Source: Tricharina praecox
Lineage: Eukaryota
Reading direction: 5' to 3'
NCBI RefSeq assembly: GCF_024521635.1
Contig: NW_026250403.1
Coordinates: forward strand, 186,001-250,000
Length of the DNA stretch: 64,000 bases
Shown one piece after another: positions 25,026 to 37,293 of the stretch. The notes under the pieces are model-generated. The model had not been told where the DNA came from, did no database searches, and was given only the letters and a program-made list of their open reading frames with translations. The number at the start of each line of letters is the position of its first letter. The stretch's first letter is position 1. The translations under genes were made by a program, and so were the position numbers.

Positions 25026-26360
25026 GGCCTGACGCGCCTATGAGCGGGGGGTAGGATTCGATGATGCTGGTTACTGAAGGTGGTGTATGCCTGTGGGCAT
25101 TGTTTATTCGCAACTTCGAATCCCGCTGGAGGGATAGGGCCCCGTTTAAGGACTCTCTTTCGGCCCCTTTAAATGATAGACATAAATGGGATGAATCCGT
25201 TTGTACCTACCAGAGATACCTATATTATGGACGGGCATGACGTGCTACTCAAAGATCTCCGATCTTCGTATCGATAACACGATAGCAGATAGCACGATGG
25301 CAGCAATGGAGGCTTTCGTCAGTTATCTACCATCATGTCAGCAGGAGAGATATCACTCGATTGAATCCACCTTACCCTACTAACTACTGGATAGTGGCAT
25401 GCCTATCATATCTATCGATGAACTGATATGGACACTCTCTCTCTATCGTATCTATCGCAGGCGTTACACACGACCACCCATGCCCGGCAGACACCACAAG
25501 TACGGATGGGGTTGTGTGTTCTTTGGGATCGTTGTAAGCAGCCACCATGGCCTTGTGCGGAGGACCGCACCGGTATATCAGAAGTATTGTCTACCGCATG
25601 AAGTACAGAGGTAAATACTTCTTGCTCGAGGCTCTGATGACTTGGTTGTCTGGTCGATAGCTGCCAGGTCCTCTATAGGACGATGAGTCGCAGGATCGAG
25701 AATCCGAGCGGCTTGCGAATCGTATGACAGCCCGAAAGATGTTTTGATATTCCTGCAATGCCCGATCACAAGCCCTGAGCCCTAATTGCAATGCAAACTG
25801 TTTTCGTTCGGCAGTTGAACGCTGGTTGGTGGACGCATGTTTAAAGTGGAAAATTCAGAGTGTGGGGGAAACTCAAGATTCGAACTCCTCTCACACAAAC
25901 TTCCAATCCAATACAGTTGTAGCTGAGTCTAGAATTAATTCATATATATATTTTTTTCTCTCTTCCGTATCGTCCGTGGCCGTGGTTTCGTTGCTGGGGC
26001 GAAGAGGAGCTTTGGAGCTCATAGCAAAGACTGGCGACCCATAACCACTGCAACCCGTACGACCGTCACACATACACCCCCCATCTAACTTCTCCAACCA
26101 CCCACCCCCCCCCGACTTCTCCCCCTCACCCTCTCTCTCTCTACGTATTCCTTCGTTTCCCAATTCCATAACCTTCCCGCAGAACCAGCTCTTCAATCCT
26201 CACAATAACATTGAACTACTCGTCTGTCTCTCCTCGTGCGCACCCCGATCCACAAGCAACCTCACGATCACCAAAAAGTCGCGGCACATTGTGCAGCCTT
26301 ACCACCCTCTCCACGGGCTCGGTTACCCGATTATTGCGCCTTCCATAAGGCTTTTCAACC

Positions 26361-28688
26361 ATGCCCGCGGCGCTCGCACTTACCGTTCACTGGAGTGAGC
26401 GCGACGAACCCATCTACAGCGCTCATTTTGAGCCTCATGGGAAGGGCCGGCTCGCAACGGCAGGCGGTGACAACAATGTCCGGGTATGTTGAAGCGCCCT
26501 GTCGTTTCTCCTTCCGTGTGGGGATCGATTGCTAACGCTCTGTTGCGCCTGCAGATCTGGAAGTTGGAAGGCGAGGGCGACGAGCGGAAACCAGTCTACT
26601 TGAGCACGCTCTCCAAACACAACCAAGCTGTCAATGTCGTTCGGTGGTGTCCTAGAGGTACTGTCCTTCCTTCCACGCTTGTTTCCTTTGATCGCCTCTT
26701 GCACGGTGCTAGGCTGACCCACGTTCGGCGCCTATAGGTGAAATGCTTGCATCCGCTGGCGACGACGGCAACATCATCCTGTGGGTGCCGGCCGAACCCA
26801 ACCATCATCATGCAGCCGCTTTCGGAGAGGAAGACCATGAAGACAAAGAAACATGGAGGCTCAAGCACATGTGTAGATCCATGGGATCGGAGATCTACGA
26901 TCTCGCTTGGTCTCCCGACGGCATATTCTTCATCACGGGAAGCATGGACAACGTTGCCAGAGTGTGGAATGCTCAAACCGGTAGGGATTTTCGCGATGTG
27001 AGGCGTTACTGGTATGCTGAGATGTGTGAGGTTTGAAGGTCAGATGGTTCGTCAGATTGCCGAACACAATCACTACGTGCAGGGTGTCGCTTGGGACCCA
27101 CTGAACGAGTTCGTTGCGACGCAAAGCTCCGACAGATCGGTTCACATCTACACGCTTAAGTCAAAAGATGGGCAGTTCTCGTTGTCGCAGCACGGCAAAA
27201 TCTCGCGGATGGACCTTCCTCCCCCGCGCAGACGGATATCCTCCAACAGTCCAGCCCCACCGGACATCCCAATGCGCAGCAGTGATTTCCCACCGAACTC
27301 GTCAGCGGTGATAGCTTCGCCTGCGCCGTCGACACCCGGGACGCCTACGTCCTTTTCGCTGCCCATGAATCCGCCAATGCTTACAGCCAGCCGCCGTAGC
27401 TCCTTCAGCTCTTCGCCGTCGCTGCGTAGGTCGACTTCACCTTCCCCGGCTCTTCCGCTTCCGGCGGTGAAGCCGATGGACTTTTCGCCAAAAGTTCACG
27501 GACTCGGCGTGAGGAATACTAATATCTACTACAATGAAACTCTGACGTCGTTTTTCCGGCGTCTAACGTTCACGCCCGACGGTAGCCTGTTGCTTACCCC
27601 CGCGGGGCAATATAAGGTGTCTCATCCTGTGGCTGGAGATGGCACCAAGTCGGACGAGATCATCAATACCGTTTACATCTACACACGTGCTGGACTGAAT
27701 AAGCCACCAATTGCGCATTTGCCAGGGCACAAGAAGCCGTCGATCGCAATCAAGTGTTCGCCGATTCTCTATACACTGAGATCAGCCGGTGTGCCCACGA
27801 AAAGCATCACTGTTGACACTTCATCATCGGATGATACAATTCCCTCCCTCCCGCCGCCGGCCGTTACTACTCAGATGGAGCCGCCTTCGACGCCAGGAGC
27901 GTCCAAAGACACGCCATCCACTCCCAGCACCCCAACAGCCGCCTTCTCGCTTCCCTACAGGGTGGTCTATGCGGTCGCTACGCAAGATGCAGTTCTTGTT
28001 TACGACACTCAGCAACAGACCCCCATCTGCGTTGTTAGCAATCTGCATTATGCTGCCTTCACAGATCTCACTTGGTATGTTGTTGCCTCGCGATGTTTAG
28101 ATGCTATGCTAACCGTACTCTAGGTCTACGGACGGCCTGACTTTGCTGATGACGTCCACCGACGGATTCTGTTCGGTGGTGATGTTTGCTTTGGGTGAGT
28201 TGGGAGAGAGATACACCGGGATTGTCCACGGTCCGGCCACGCCAACGCCAACCTCTGTGTCGACTCCAACATTCCAACCTACCTCGACGCCTAGCAATAG
28301 GGCAGGTTCTACACCCATTCCTCCGCTATCGCCGGCTCAGCACCCATACCAGCGCCCAGGCTCTCCTGCTAGGTCTCCATCGGCATCGTCAACAACCTCA
28401 AGCACAGCAGTCAACAACCCAACGCCCACTCTTGGAGCGCTCCCCGGCGTAACAGTATCGGGCGTTCCCTTAACTACTCCGCCACAAACCCCTCAGAGTG
28501 GAGGAAATGGCAACAGCAGCGTTCTCGGTAAGAGGGATGGAGCTCCCAAACCGTCATCCAAGACCAACTCAAAAGAAGCCGCAGGTCAAACCAGTGCTCC
28601 AGCAACCCCCGCCGAGCAACCCGGTGGAGACAAGAAGAGACGCAGAGTAGCTCCGACGCTCGTGACAAGTTCCACACGCTCCACCTAG
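26361..28688 (+). CDS. CAC2: Chromatin assembly factor 1 subunit B (p60/Cac2), WD40 protein, 5 exons
   Basis: Motifs PIYSAHFEP..GRLATAGGDNNVR, HNQAVNVVRWCPRG, EHNHYVQGVAWDP, FFRRLTFTPDGSLL and YRVVYAVATQD, plus the C-terminal Asf1-binding B-domain KRRRVAPTLV. Confidence 0.93.
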
Positions 28689-29450
28689 CCTGACAATATT
28701 TTTTTTCTTGCTGTTGTAACACTATGGTAATACTGTTTTTCGGGAAAGGGGCAACTGATTTTTCGGACGGCCTTATATCTCGCTTCTGTCTCGGTTTCTT
28801 ACACAAGTTTTCGGTGTTTTTGGCCTAGGTATTCTTCTATTTCCTGCGGTTGTTTTTTGGTTTGGCTGGATTGTGGGTTCTCAAATGTACTTTTCTTCTT
28901 TTTTTCTTTTCTTTTTTCCGCGCATCCTGTTTTATTTGCCCCTTTAACGTCTCCTTATGGCCTATTTTCTAGTCACTGGGTTCGTACTCCTCGGGGGCCA
29001 CTTGGTAGTCCAGTAGCATTGTTTTGTTCACTGTATTGCTGTTTTCCCGTGATGTTCTGTAAAATGAAGTTTCAATGTCTGGTGTGCCCCGCTCTTTGAC
29101 CACAGACCTGTGCCGGTTCTCGCTTGCATGCAAAAAGGCTTGGCAATGTTGTGATTCTCTTCCTTTGTTTACTTGACTCTGCACGTCAAAACACTAGCAA
29201 TCCAAGCGAAGACACCCCACGACACCCTTCGCTCCTCCCTTCGTGAAGCTTCGACTCGACATAGACCCGCATCACTTCATTTTGGTATCCTAGGAAATCT
29301 CTTCACCCAACACTATTCATCTGTACACAACATCACTCAACGCCCACGCTCGCCTATACGCTGCTCGACACGCCCCTCGCAATCCTCGCATTCTCGGACT
29401 CGTACTGATATCTACTGCGCGCTCATACACCCCCAAACCCCCACTGAGCC

Positions 29451-32400
29451 ATGAACGGCTCTTCGCGCCTCCAAGCAGGAGGCCTCCGAAAAACCGCCGC
29501 CCAGGGATCAATGCGAGCACCAGCACGTCCCGGAACCTCAACGCGAAACTACAACAGCCTTATGAGCTCCCCAGCACGATCGACCCGATCACGTGCCGGA
29601 ACTGTGTCGCCGCGCAAGGCATCGGGCGAATCACATGATGACCACCATGGTCCTCCACCGCGCCCGGTCAGTGGGGCGAATATCAACGTTGTGGTCAGGT
29701 GCAGAGGTCGATCGGAGAGGGAGAAGGCGGAGAATAGCGCGGTCATCGTGTCGCATCCCAGCACGACGGAGGTTGCATTGGCGCTAGGCCCGCTCGCGTC
29801 GATAGAAAATAAGATATACACCTTCGATAGGACTTTTGGACCGGAGGCCGATCAGCAGAGGATCTACGACAATGTCGTACAGCCGCTCCTTAACGAGGTA
29901 AGTCGCTCTGCGAGGGAGGGGAGGGTTTGCGATGGTGGCGGCCGCGGCTTACTCGCGGACGATAGGTGTTGGATGGTTACAATTGTACCATCTTTGCGTA
30001 CGGACAGACCGGCACTGGAAAGACATACACCATGACCGGAGACATGTCGGACAACTATGGCTCGTATGCCGATTTCGCCGGAATCATCCCCCGCGCTCTG
30101 CACAAGCTCTTCGAGAAGCTTGGAAAGGACAAGGACGACACTTCGGTGAAGTGCTCGTTCATCGAGCTCTATAATGAAGAGCTGCGAGATCTGCTATGCG
30201 TGGACGAGTCGCAGAAAGTCAAGATATACGATGCGGCCAATGGAAAGGGCGGCGTTGTGGTCCAAGGAATGGAGGAGACATACATCATGTCCGCCAAACA
30301 GGGTGTGGCACTGCTTCAGGAAGGTAGTCACAAGCGACAAGTGGCTGCTACGAAATGTAACGACCTCAGTTCGCGATCACATACCGTATTCACCATCACG
30401 GTTAATTTGAAGACTATCGCTGAGGATGGCGAAGTTCTCATCAGGACCGGAAAGCTTAATCTTGTTGATTTGGCTGGATCCGAGAATATTGGGCGCTCGG
30501 GGGCAGAGAACAAACGCGCACGGGAGGCAGGCATGATCAACCAGAGCTTGTTGACTTTGGGAAGAGTCATCAACGCGTTGGTCGACCAAGCTACACACAT
30601 TCCTTACAGGTGCGACATCCGGGGGACCATAGCTCGGGTTCAAGATAGACTAACGCTGCTGTAGGGAGTCGAAACTCACCCGTCTTTTGCAAGATTCCCT
30701 TGGAGGTCGTACCAAGACCACCATCATCGCAACCATTTCACCCGCTAAGATCAACCTCGAGGAGACGATGTCGACGTTGGACTATGCGGCGAGGGCAAAG
30801 GACATTCAGAACAAGCCCCAGGTGAACCAGATGTTGAACAAGAAGACCGTAATTGCGGAATACGTCGCGGACATCGAACGATTGAAGTCTGCTCTTCATG
30901 CTGCCCGGCTGAAGAACGGTATTTTCCTTCCACAAGAAGAGTTTAGCCGCTTGAACGAGACCGTGGAACTTCAAAAGGCGGAAGTCGAGGAGGCAAGACG
31001 GGGTGAAGAGCTTTTGCAGAATCAAATTACCCGTTTGAGAGAGCAGTTCGAACACAATATGGGGGAGCTTTTGGGTACCAAGGCCAGTCTGGAGGAGCAG
31101 ACTCGCCACATGGAGGAGACGAAAGAAATTTTGAGGAATACCGAGATCACTCTGTCGGATACAACGACAAAACTCAAGGAGGAGACCACACTGAGGAAGG
31201 CACACCAGAAAACCGAGACGGAGCTTGGTGCCGCCGCGCATGATCTTCTTGCTACGGCTCGTTCCACCACTTCTGACATCGACGGATTAAGGGCTAAGAT
31301 CGGACGAATGGCGAACGTGGAAGTTGAGAATCATTCGTCGTGGATGAGGAGCTCGTCCCAGGTTTCGCAAGTTACCCATGCCCTTGAGGATGCGGTAGAT
31401 CTCTTCAAGGATGAGCAAGCGAACATTTCGAGTGATATCTCTCAGCGGATCGCTTCGTTTGTGGAAGCCGAGAAGAACACATTACAGGATGCCTATAACT
31501 TTGTCGAGCAACGCTTTGCAGATTTCCAGGCCACCGCAGATGCCGGCCTCACTACAACGCATGAGCGGCAACGCGATACAGATCTGATTCTCCAGGAGAT
31601 CTTGACACTGAGGGTGGACCTGAAAACGCGGATAGGAAATGGTCTTAGGGGATTGAATGATGCGGCGAAGCGGATGGCGGAGGATGTTATTATAGACCTT
31701 GGGAATTTTGGAGCCGAGGTACACATATCGCCCCAATTTCATAGTCAATTACTTATCAGGTTTAGTTGCACGTCTCGTACGAGAAGTTTGATGCTGGCTT
31801 CCAGGCCATGGTCACAGAAGCTCAGGAGCACATGGCTGCGCAAAAGTCCGAAATTGAGACTCTTCGTAGCCAGCTTGCCGAGGCAACAGCAACTGCGTCA
31901 GCTGCCACAACGACCGCCCAGTCAAGTTTACAGACAATATTGGTTGAGGAGCGGGAAAAGGCTGCGGCGGATCGTCAGAACCTGATCTCCCAGATCACCA
32001 CCCTTATCAATAACACCGGGGCTGCACAAGACAAGCGCTTGACCGAGCGTGTTTTGACTGTCAAGGCGGATATTGGCGCCACCCAAACCCGACTCGAAGC
32101 GGCTTCGAAGACCCACGAGGAGACTATCGAATCCTGGTCTGCGCGAGAGGAGTTGTTTTACACAAGGCTCTGTGATGCAAAGGAGACTGTTCGGTCTGTT
32201 TTGACTGATGACTGGAAGGTGAGTTGTGCCCGTAGAAAGTCAAGCCCTTTGCTGCGGAAACTAATGATTGTAATAGAACGTTGAATCCCGCAATTTGGCC
32301 ATCAAGGAAACCACCAAGTCCATCCACGCACAAACCATCAAGCTCGTGGAAGAACAGACGGAAGACGTCGGTGTCCAGCTGCAAGATTTGGACCAGGCGG

Positions 32401-33122
32401 TTGCAAACGCTCATTCCATGAACGACAAATACCACGGCATTTCGATGGAGAGCATCAACAAGATCGTGGATGGTGGCCGGCAGTTCGTTGACAAGTTCTC
32501 GTCCCTCATTGACACCCTTCGAAACGAAATGGGATCATTCGAGGAGGCGTCGGAGCTCGCTGCCCAGAGCATTGCTGCAGTCGAATCTTTCAGCTCCAAC
32601 GCTCAAGAACGCCTATCCCAACTCCGTATCAAGGTTGAGTCCGCCCCACTCAAAGAGTGTCTCCCTACCGGTCATACGCCCCGCAAGAGAAAATACACTT
32701 TTCCCACCATATTGCCAAGCACGGGTTCTGCGGAAGATGTTCTCAATAGATCGCGCGGTGGCGTCGTCCGGACGGTTTTGGAGGAGAAAGAGGTCAACTC
32801 TCCACAGAAACTGACCCCCAGTGCCTCTTCAATATTGACTGATCCGAAATCAGGTGGGGCAGGAATTGGTGCGGCCTTCTACCCCACCATCACCAACAAC
32901 AAAAAGAAGATGTTCCGCGACCAGTCTGGAGCTCAGGGAGAACCAGGTGGAGGAGTAGCGGAATCCAACATCCCTACTTTCAAGGAAAATGGCTTTTCTG
33001 CTGCGACTAGCAGCGGTGACCCCAAGAAAAGTCTAATTAAGAAACGGAAGGTTGGGGAGGCGGGTGCCGATGAAGGCATGAGCGGGATGGCGGCGATCAC
33101 AACTAGACGGCGAATGCGGTAG
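29451..33122 (+). CDS. bimC: Kinesin-5 (BimC/Cin8/Eg5 family), 5 exons
   Basis: Motor domain has [27 protein letters not shown] and [11 protein letters not shown] coiled-coil stalk leads to the BimC box [10 protein letters not shown]. Confidence 0.96.
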
Positions 33123-33640
33123 ATGCGGATATACCTTTTAATTTTGTTTTAATCATCGGGTCTTGCTTTTCTTGTGGTATCCTTTTACTCTACTTCCTTT
33201 ACAGGTGTTTGTCTTTTCTTGCGTTGCTATTGGGAACGGGGGGTTGATTTTGGGCTTTCTTTCTTCCATGATACCACCAAACGGTTGTATATAGTGTGTA
33301 TTATTGTTTTGGACCAGGTATCGATACATCGTCGATTGTACTCACACTCCATCTTACGGGATGCGGTTTATCTATTTGCTTATTTTTTCTTCCGCCTGTG
33401 ATTGTTTTGTGCTTTATCCTTGCGAGGTTGGAGTCATATTTTGCCTGCCGAGAACCGTGGTGGAGGAGATCTTTGAATCCGAGTTCGAGTTCAGTGTTGT
33501 CAGTTCCAGCCCGAGTAAGGTGATTGATCCCTGCGCACCGAGAGCACCGTGTAACCAAGCTCAAGCTCCACCACAACCTTACCCCCCACCATGAGCTCCC
33601 CATCTTGAGCTCTCATCTCAACCTCCATAACACACCTACT

Positions 33641-34213
33641 ATGTCCTCGCCGTCAACACAACAATTTCAACACCCAGGTCAAGAACAAGGCCACCAATTT
33701 CCGCCCGCACCTCCGAACTTCCAGCCCTTCTTCACTCTCATCTCCCCGACCACCAGCAACCCATCACACGCGCACCCCCACGTCCACTACATCTTCAGCG
33801 ACGACCCGACGGACCCAACGCTAGACCTGCCGCCAGCCACTCCGCATACCCGCGTTATAACCGTCGACCTCGATGTCTCCGCCGACAACTCCACGTACGT
33901 GCGGTCTGCACACGCGCTCTCGCGCGACTTCCAGCTCGTTGCGGCGGAGATCACCGAGGCGCCGCAGATGTCGGAGGGCGGCGGCGGGCTGATGCTGGTT
34001 CTGGAGGGCGTCGAGACCGGTCTGCGCGGCGTCAAGGTGTCCCAGGGCGTCCAGGAGCTCGCGAGGATGTTCGATGAGAGAATGGACGTGCTGAGACGCG
34101 TGGTCGGCTTTGGAGGCGTAGAGACCGCCGAGGTCAAGAGGGCCGAACTGCATCCGAGCTATGACGAGAGTACGGCGGATGAGACGGTCACCGAGACAGA
34201 GGATGAGGGGTAA
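33641..34213 (+). CDS. Intronless 190-aa protein; candidate Atg31-like autophagy protein
   Basis: GC3-rich ORF with PFFTLI, HPHVHYIFSDD, RVITVDLD, ALSRDFQL and a C-terminal amphipathic helix. The gene call is solid; the Atg31 assignment is inference. Confidence 0.75.
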   Translation: MSSPSTQQFQHPGQEQGHQFPPAPPNFQPFFTLISPTTSNPSHAHPHVHYIFSDDPTDPTLDLPPATPHTRVITVDLDVSADNSTYVRSAHALSRDFQLVAAEITEAPQMSEGGGGLMLVLEGVETGLRGVKVSQGVQELARMFDERMDVLRRVVGFGGVETAEVKRAELHPSYDESTADETVTETEDEG

Positions 34214-34568
34214 TGTTGCGTTTGGGGTTATGGCGTTTGGGAACTTGGAGCTTCAGACTTGGTTATGATATCACGGTTGTAATGAAATCGATGGGAGCGG
34301 GCAGGCGAGTGATGCTATATGCCCGCTCTTCCGCTTAGGGATACTATGTAGCATGGAACCATATGCAATAGGACATATACCACTGCCCGCCCGCGCGCGC
34401 GCGCCACGTCGAGCACATCCTCTCCAGCACATCCGCTCGTACATAAATCGCACGTTTTGTCGCACGCACTCCAAAAGCGGCTAACGACGCACTCCCCCAG
34501 CCCAACATAAAACCAACGCATCCCTCCCTCCAAGCTTCCGTGTCTCCCCCCAACAAACCCCAACCACC

Positions 34569-35357
34569 ATGGTCGATATCGACGCCCACAACGCCCTCCC
34601 ATTGTCCTCCCTCCATGAATTCCTCCCCGCCGTGCCCCCGGACCTGTCGATAACCCTTCATACCGCCACCACCCTCCCGCCGGATAGGCTGACAGCATGC
34701 TTCAACCTGATCCGCACCAACATGCGCGTGATGTACGAGCACAGCGACATGGGGTGGAACAGTAAGAGCAAGCGGAAGGAGATGGAGGAAGACGATATGC
34801 GGTATCTCATACTCTCCGGACAAGGAGGAGGAGGAGGAGGAGGAGGAGGAGGAGGAGGAGGAGGAGGAGGAGGAGGAGGAGGAGGAGGAGGGGAGGGGGA
34901 GGAGGAATGGGAGGACGACGAAGGGGGGGACGTAGACGGCTTCCTAAGCTTCAAGGTCACCGAGGAGCAGAAGGAGGAGGTTATCTACTGGTATATATTG
35001 CCTTTGCTCCCGCAGGCAGTGGGCGCCGAGCTGACGGGAATGTAGCTATGAGGTGCAGCTGGCCGAGAACGTGAGGAATAAGGGACACGGTGAGACGCTG
35101 ATGCGGCTTATGGAGGGGTTTGGGAAGAACCTGGGGCTGCCGAAGGCCATGCTCACCGTTTTCTCGGCGAATACGGGGGCACTGAAGTTTTATCGGCGGA
35201 TTGGGTGGGCTTTCTACTCTGGGTGGTGGGGAAGGAAAGCGTGGCTGATACTCAGACGGACAGGTACGAAATCGACATCATATCCCCACAGCCAAAGCTC
35301 CTCCGCAGCGGCGCTATGCGGGAGCCATCTTATTTCATCTTCTCCAAGGAGCTATGA
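34569..35357 (+). CDS. NAT4: N-alpha-acetyltransferase 40 (NatD, histone H4/H2A N-terminal acetyltransferase), 3 exons
   Basis: Motifs CFNLIRTNMRVMYE..MGW...KRKEM, MRYLI, GFLSF, spliced VIYC|YEVQL, GHGETLM and MLTVFSANTGALKFY. Confidence 0.9.
34824..34889 (+). repeat. (GGA)22 coding microsatellite (poly-Gly) in NAT4
   Basis: Perfect trinucleotide run, in frame. Confidence 0.95.
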
Positions 35358-35400
35358 ATGCTGCACTGTGTGTGTATGTATGATATCTAGAACAACAGGT

Positions 35401-36822
35401 TTATATCCGCACAACCTCCTTACCCCTCATCTCCGGGTGCTCAGTCTCCCACTCATCGCGGAGCACGGCAAAAAGTGCGTCCGCTACTATCACCGTCACG
35501 GCGAGACACCATACCAACGTGATGGCGTAGAAGAAATTGGCGTTGCCAGAGCCCGCGTAGATCCACAAGTAGTAGAAGGCGGGTCCAAGTAGGGTCGCGT
35601 AGAGTAAAGTCGAGGTCGCGAAGAAGGTGTAGCGCATGACTGGGGGGTGTCAGTGAGACGTGGGAAAGTGGAGGGTGGGGGGGACTGACGTGGAAATACG
35701 TGGCGGTATAGTGACAGGAGCGATATATACAGTGCCATGTCACCGATTGATGGATATGACTTGAAGATCGCGCTGATGCCGAGTATCGTCGTGATTACGA
35801 ACAGCGGTTGTTTCCTGCCCCGCCATACACATTAGCCACGCCCATTCACTCAGCGCATAATGAATCATTCACCGGATCCGAATACAAAGCCCGCCCACAT
35901 ATATCAACAGATGCAGCTGGAACACGCAAAGGAAGAATTCGCGGAACGAGTCAAACATCTCGATGAAGAAGTACCACCACAGCCCGACATTCGGCGTCAG
36001 ATCCGGCAGCAGCAGGTGCACCCCGTACGTGGAATACAGGAACTCCCAAGAGTTGTTGGTGATCATGTAGGAGATTCCCAGTAGTCCCGCCATGGCAGTG
36101 AGAAACACACCGGTCATTGTCGCCGCATAGTTTGCCAGCGCAGGCTTGACCGCCGCAGACGAGAACCGCATGTCATACGACAGCAGAACCAACGCCGGTA
36201 GGATCAGGACCGGATAGAGGGACAGGTACGAGGACATGGCGAGGGCGAGGATCGCGCCAAGGCCATCACCCTGCACGGCCTTCGCCACCGAGGTCAGAAT
36301 TGCGGTGTTGGTGAACACCAGTGTTGACCGGGAGAGGCATGTTGCCACGGTGAAGGGGTTCAGAAGGAACGCGGCGCCGGCAGCCCAGGACGGGAGAGAG
36401 TTTTTCGCGCGGGAGGAAGTGTGGAGAGGCGTCGAGGCGGAGACGCCGGATGTCGCAATTTGGATCAAGGAGAGTGCAGATTGTACGTCCGCGAGGATGT
36501 AGATGAGGTTCGTGACGATCGGGGATTTGGGGATGCTTGAGAAGAAGGCTAGCAGCAGTGGAGCCTGTCTTTCACGTCAGAAGAGGGATCATTGAGATCA
36601 TTGGAATATGAAGCTCTATACCTGGTGGAAGATGCCGCCATCGTAAGGAGAGACGCCGTGGGTGTAAAGAAAGAGGCCTTCCTGTAGTCTTTTGAAGCTG
36701 GTAACGGGTGTCGAGAGTTCGACACGGTTGGTCAGGAGGTCCGGAAGCGACGGGAATGCGGTGAATAGGAAGAGACGCAATGACACGGCAAAGACGATTA
36801 TCGAGATGCTCCGCCGGTCCAT
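35401..36822 (-). CDS. GAB1: GPI transamidase subunit PIG-U/Gab1/Cdc91, 4 exons
   Basis: Motifs RVELSTPVTSFKRLQEGLFLY..SPYDGGIFHQ, LLNPFTVATC, DLTPNVGLWWYFFIEMFD and GSGNANFFYAITL. Confidence 0.95.
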
Positions 36823-37293
36823 GGCGGCGAAGGTATGAAGTCGTTTCACTACTACGTGATAGTTGGTGAAACGGGCATTTGGCGGTGGGATTGATCGTTC
36901 GTAAATGCTCCGTCTTCACAAGCCACAGTTGTTGTTGTCTCGCTACCTTGCATGCCGCTCCTGAAATGTGTTCGCTTCTTTCTCAGCCTCATTCCGATCC
37001 GCGTCGTCATCTCAGCCGGGGGGGACCCTCTCAACTCTAAAACAGGACACAAGCCAAATCCAAGCTCGCCCAGGTCCAACCTACTTTCGCCGTCTACCGT
37101 CAAATAACTGACCAACACCAAAAAACAAACCTCTCCCTCTCACCTTTTTCCGTAGCCACTTCAGCACGCTCTTTATATCGTCGCATCTCCGAGCTCTACC
37201 TCCCCGCCGCTCTTATCTGAGCAGTCGGTTCAGCTCCCAGGCCTACCTATCACCTCCCTTTCGCGAAGTCAACATAAGGCACACAAAGCCAAA

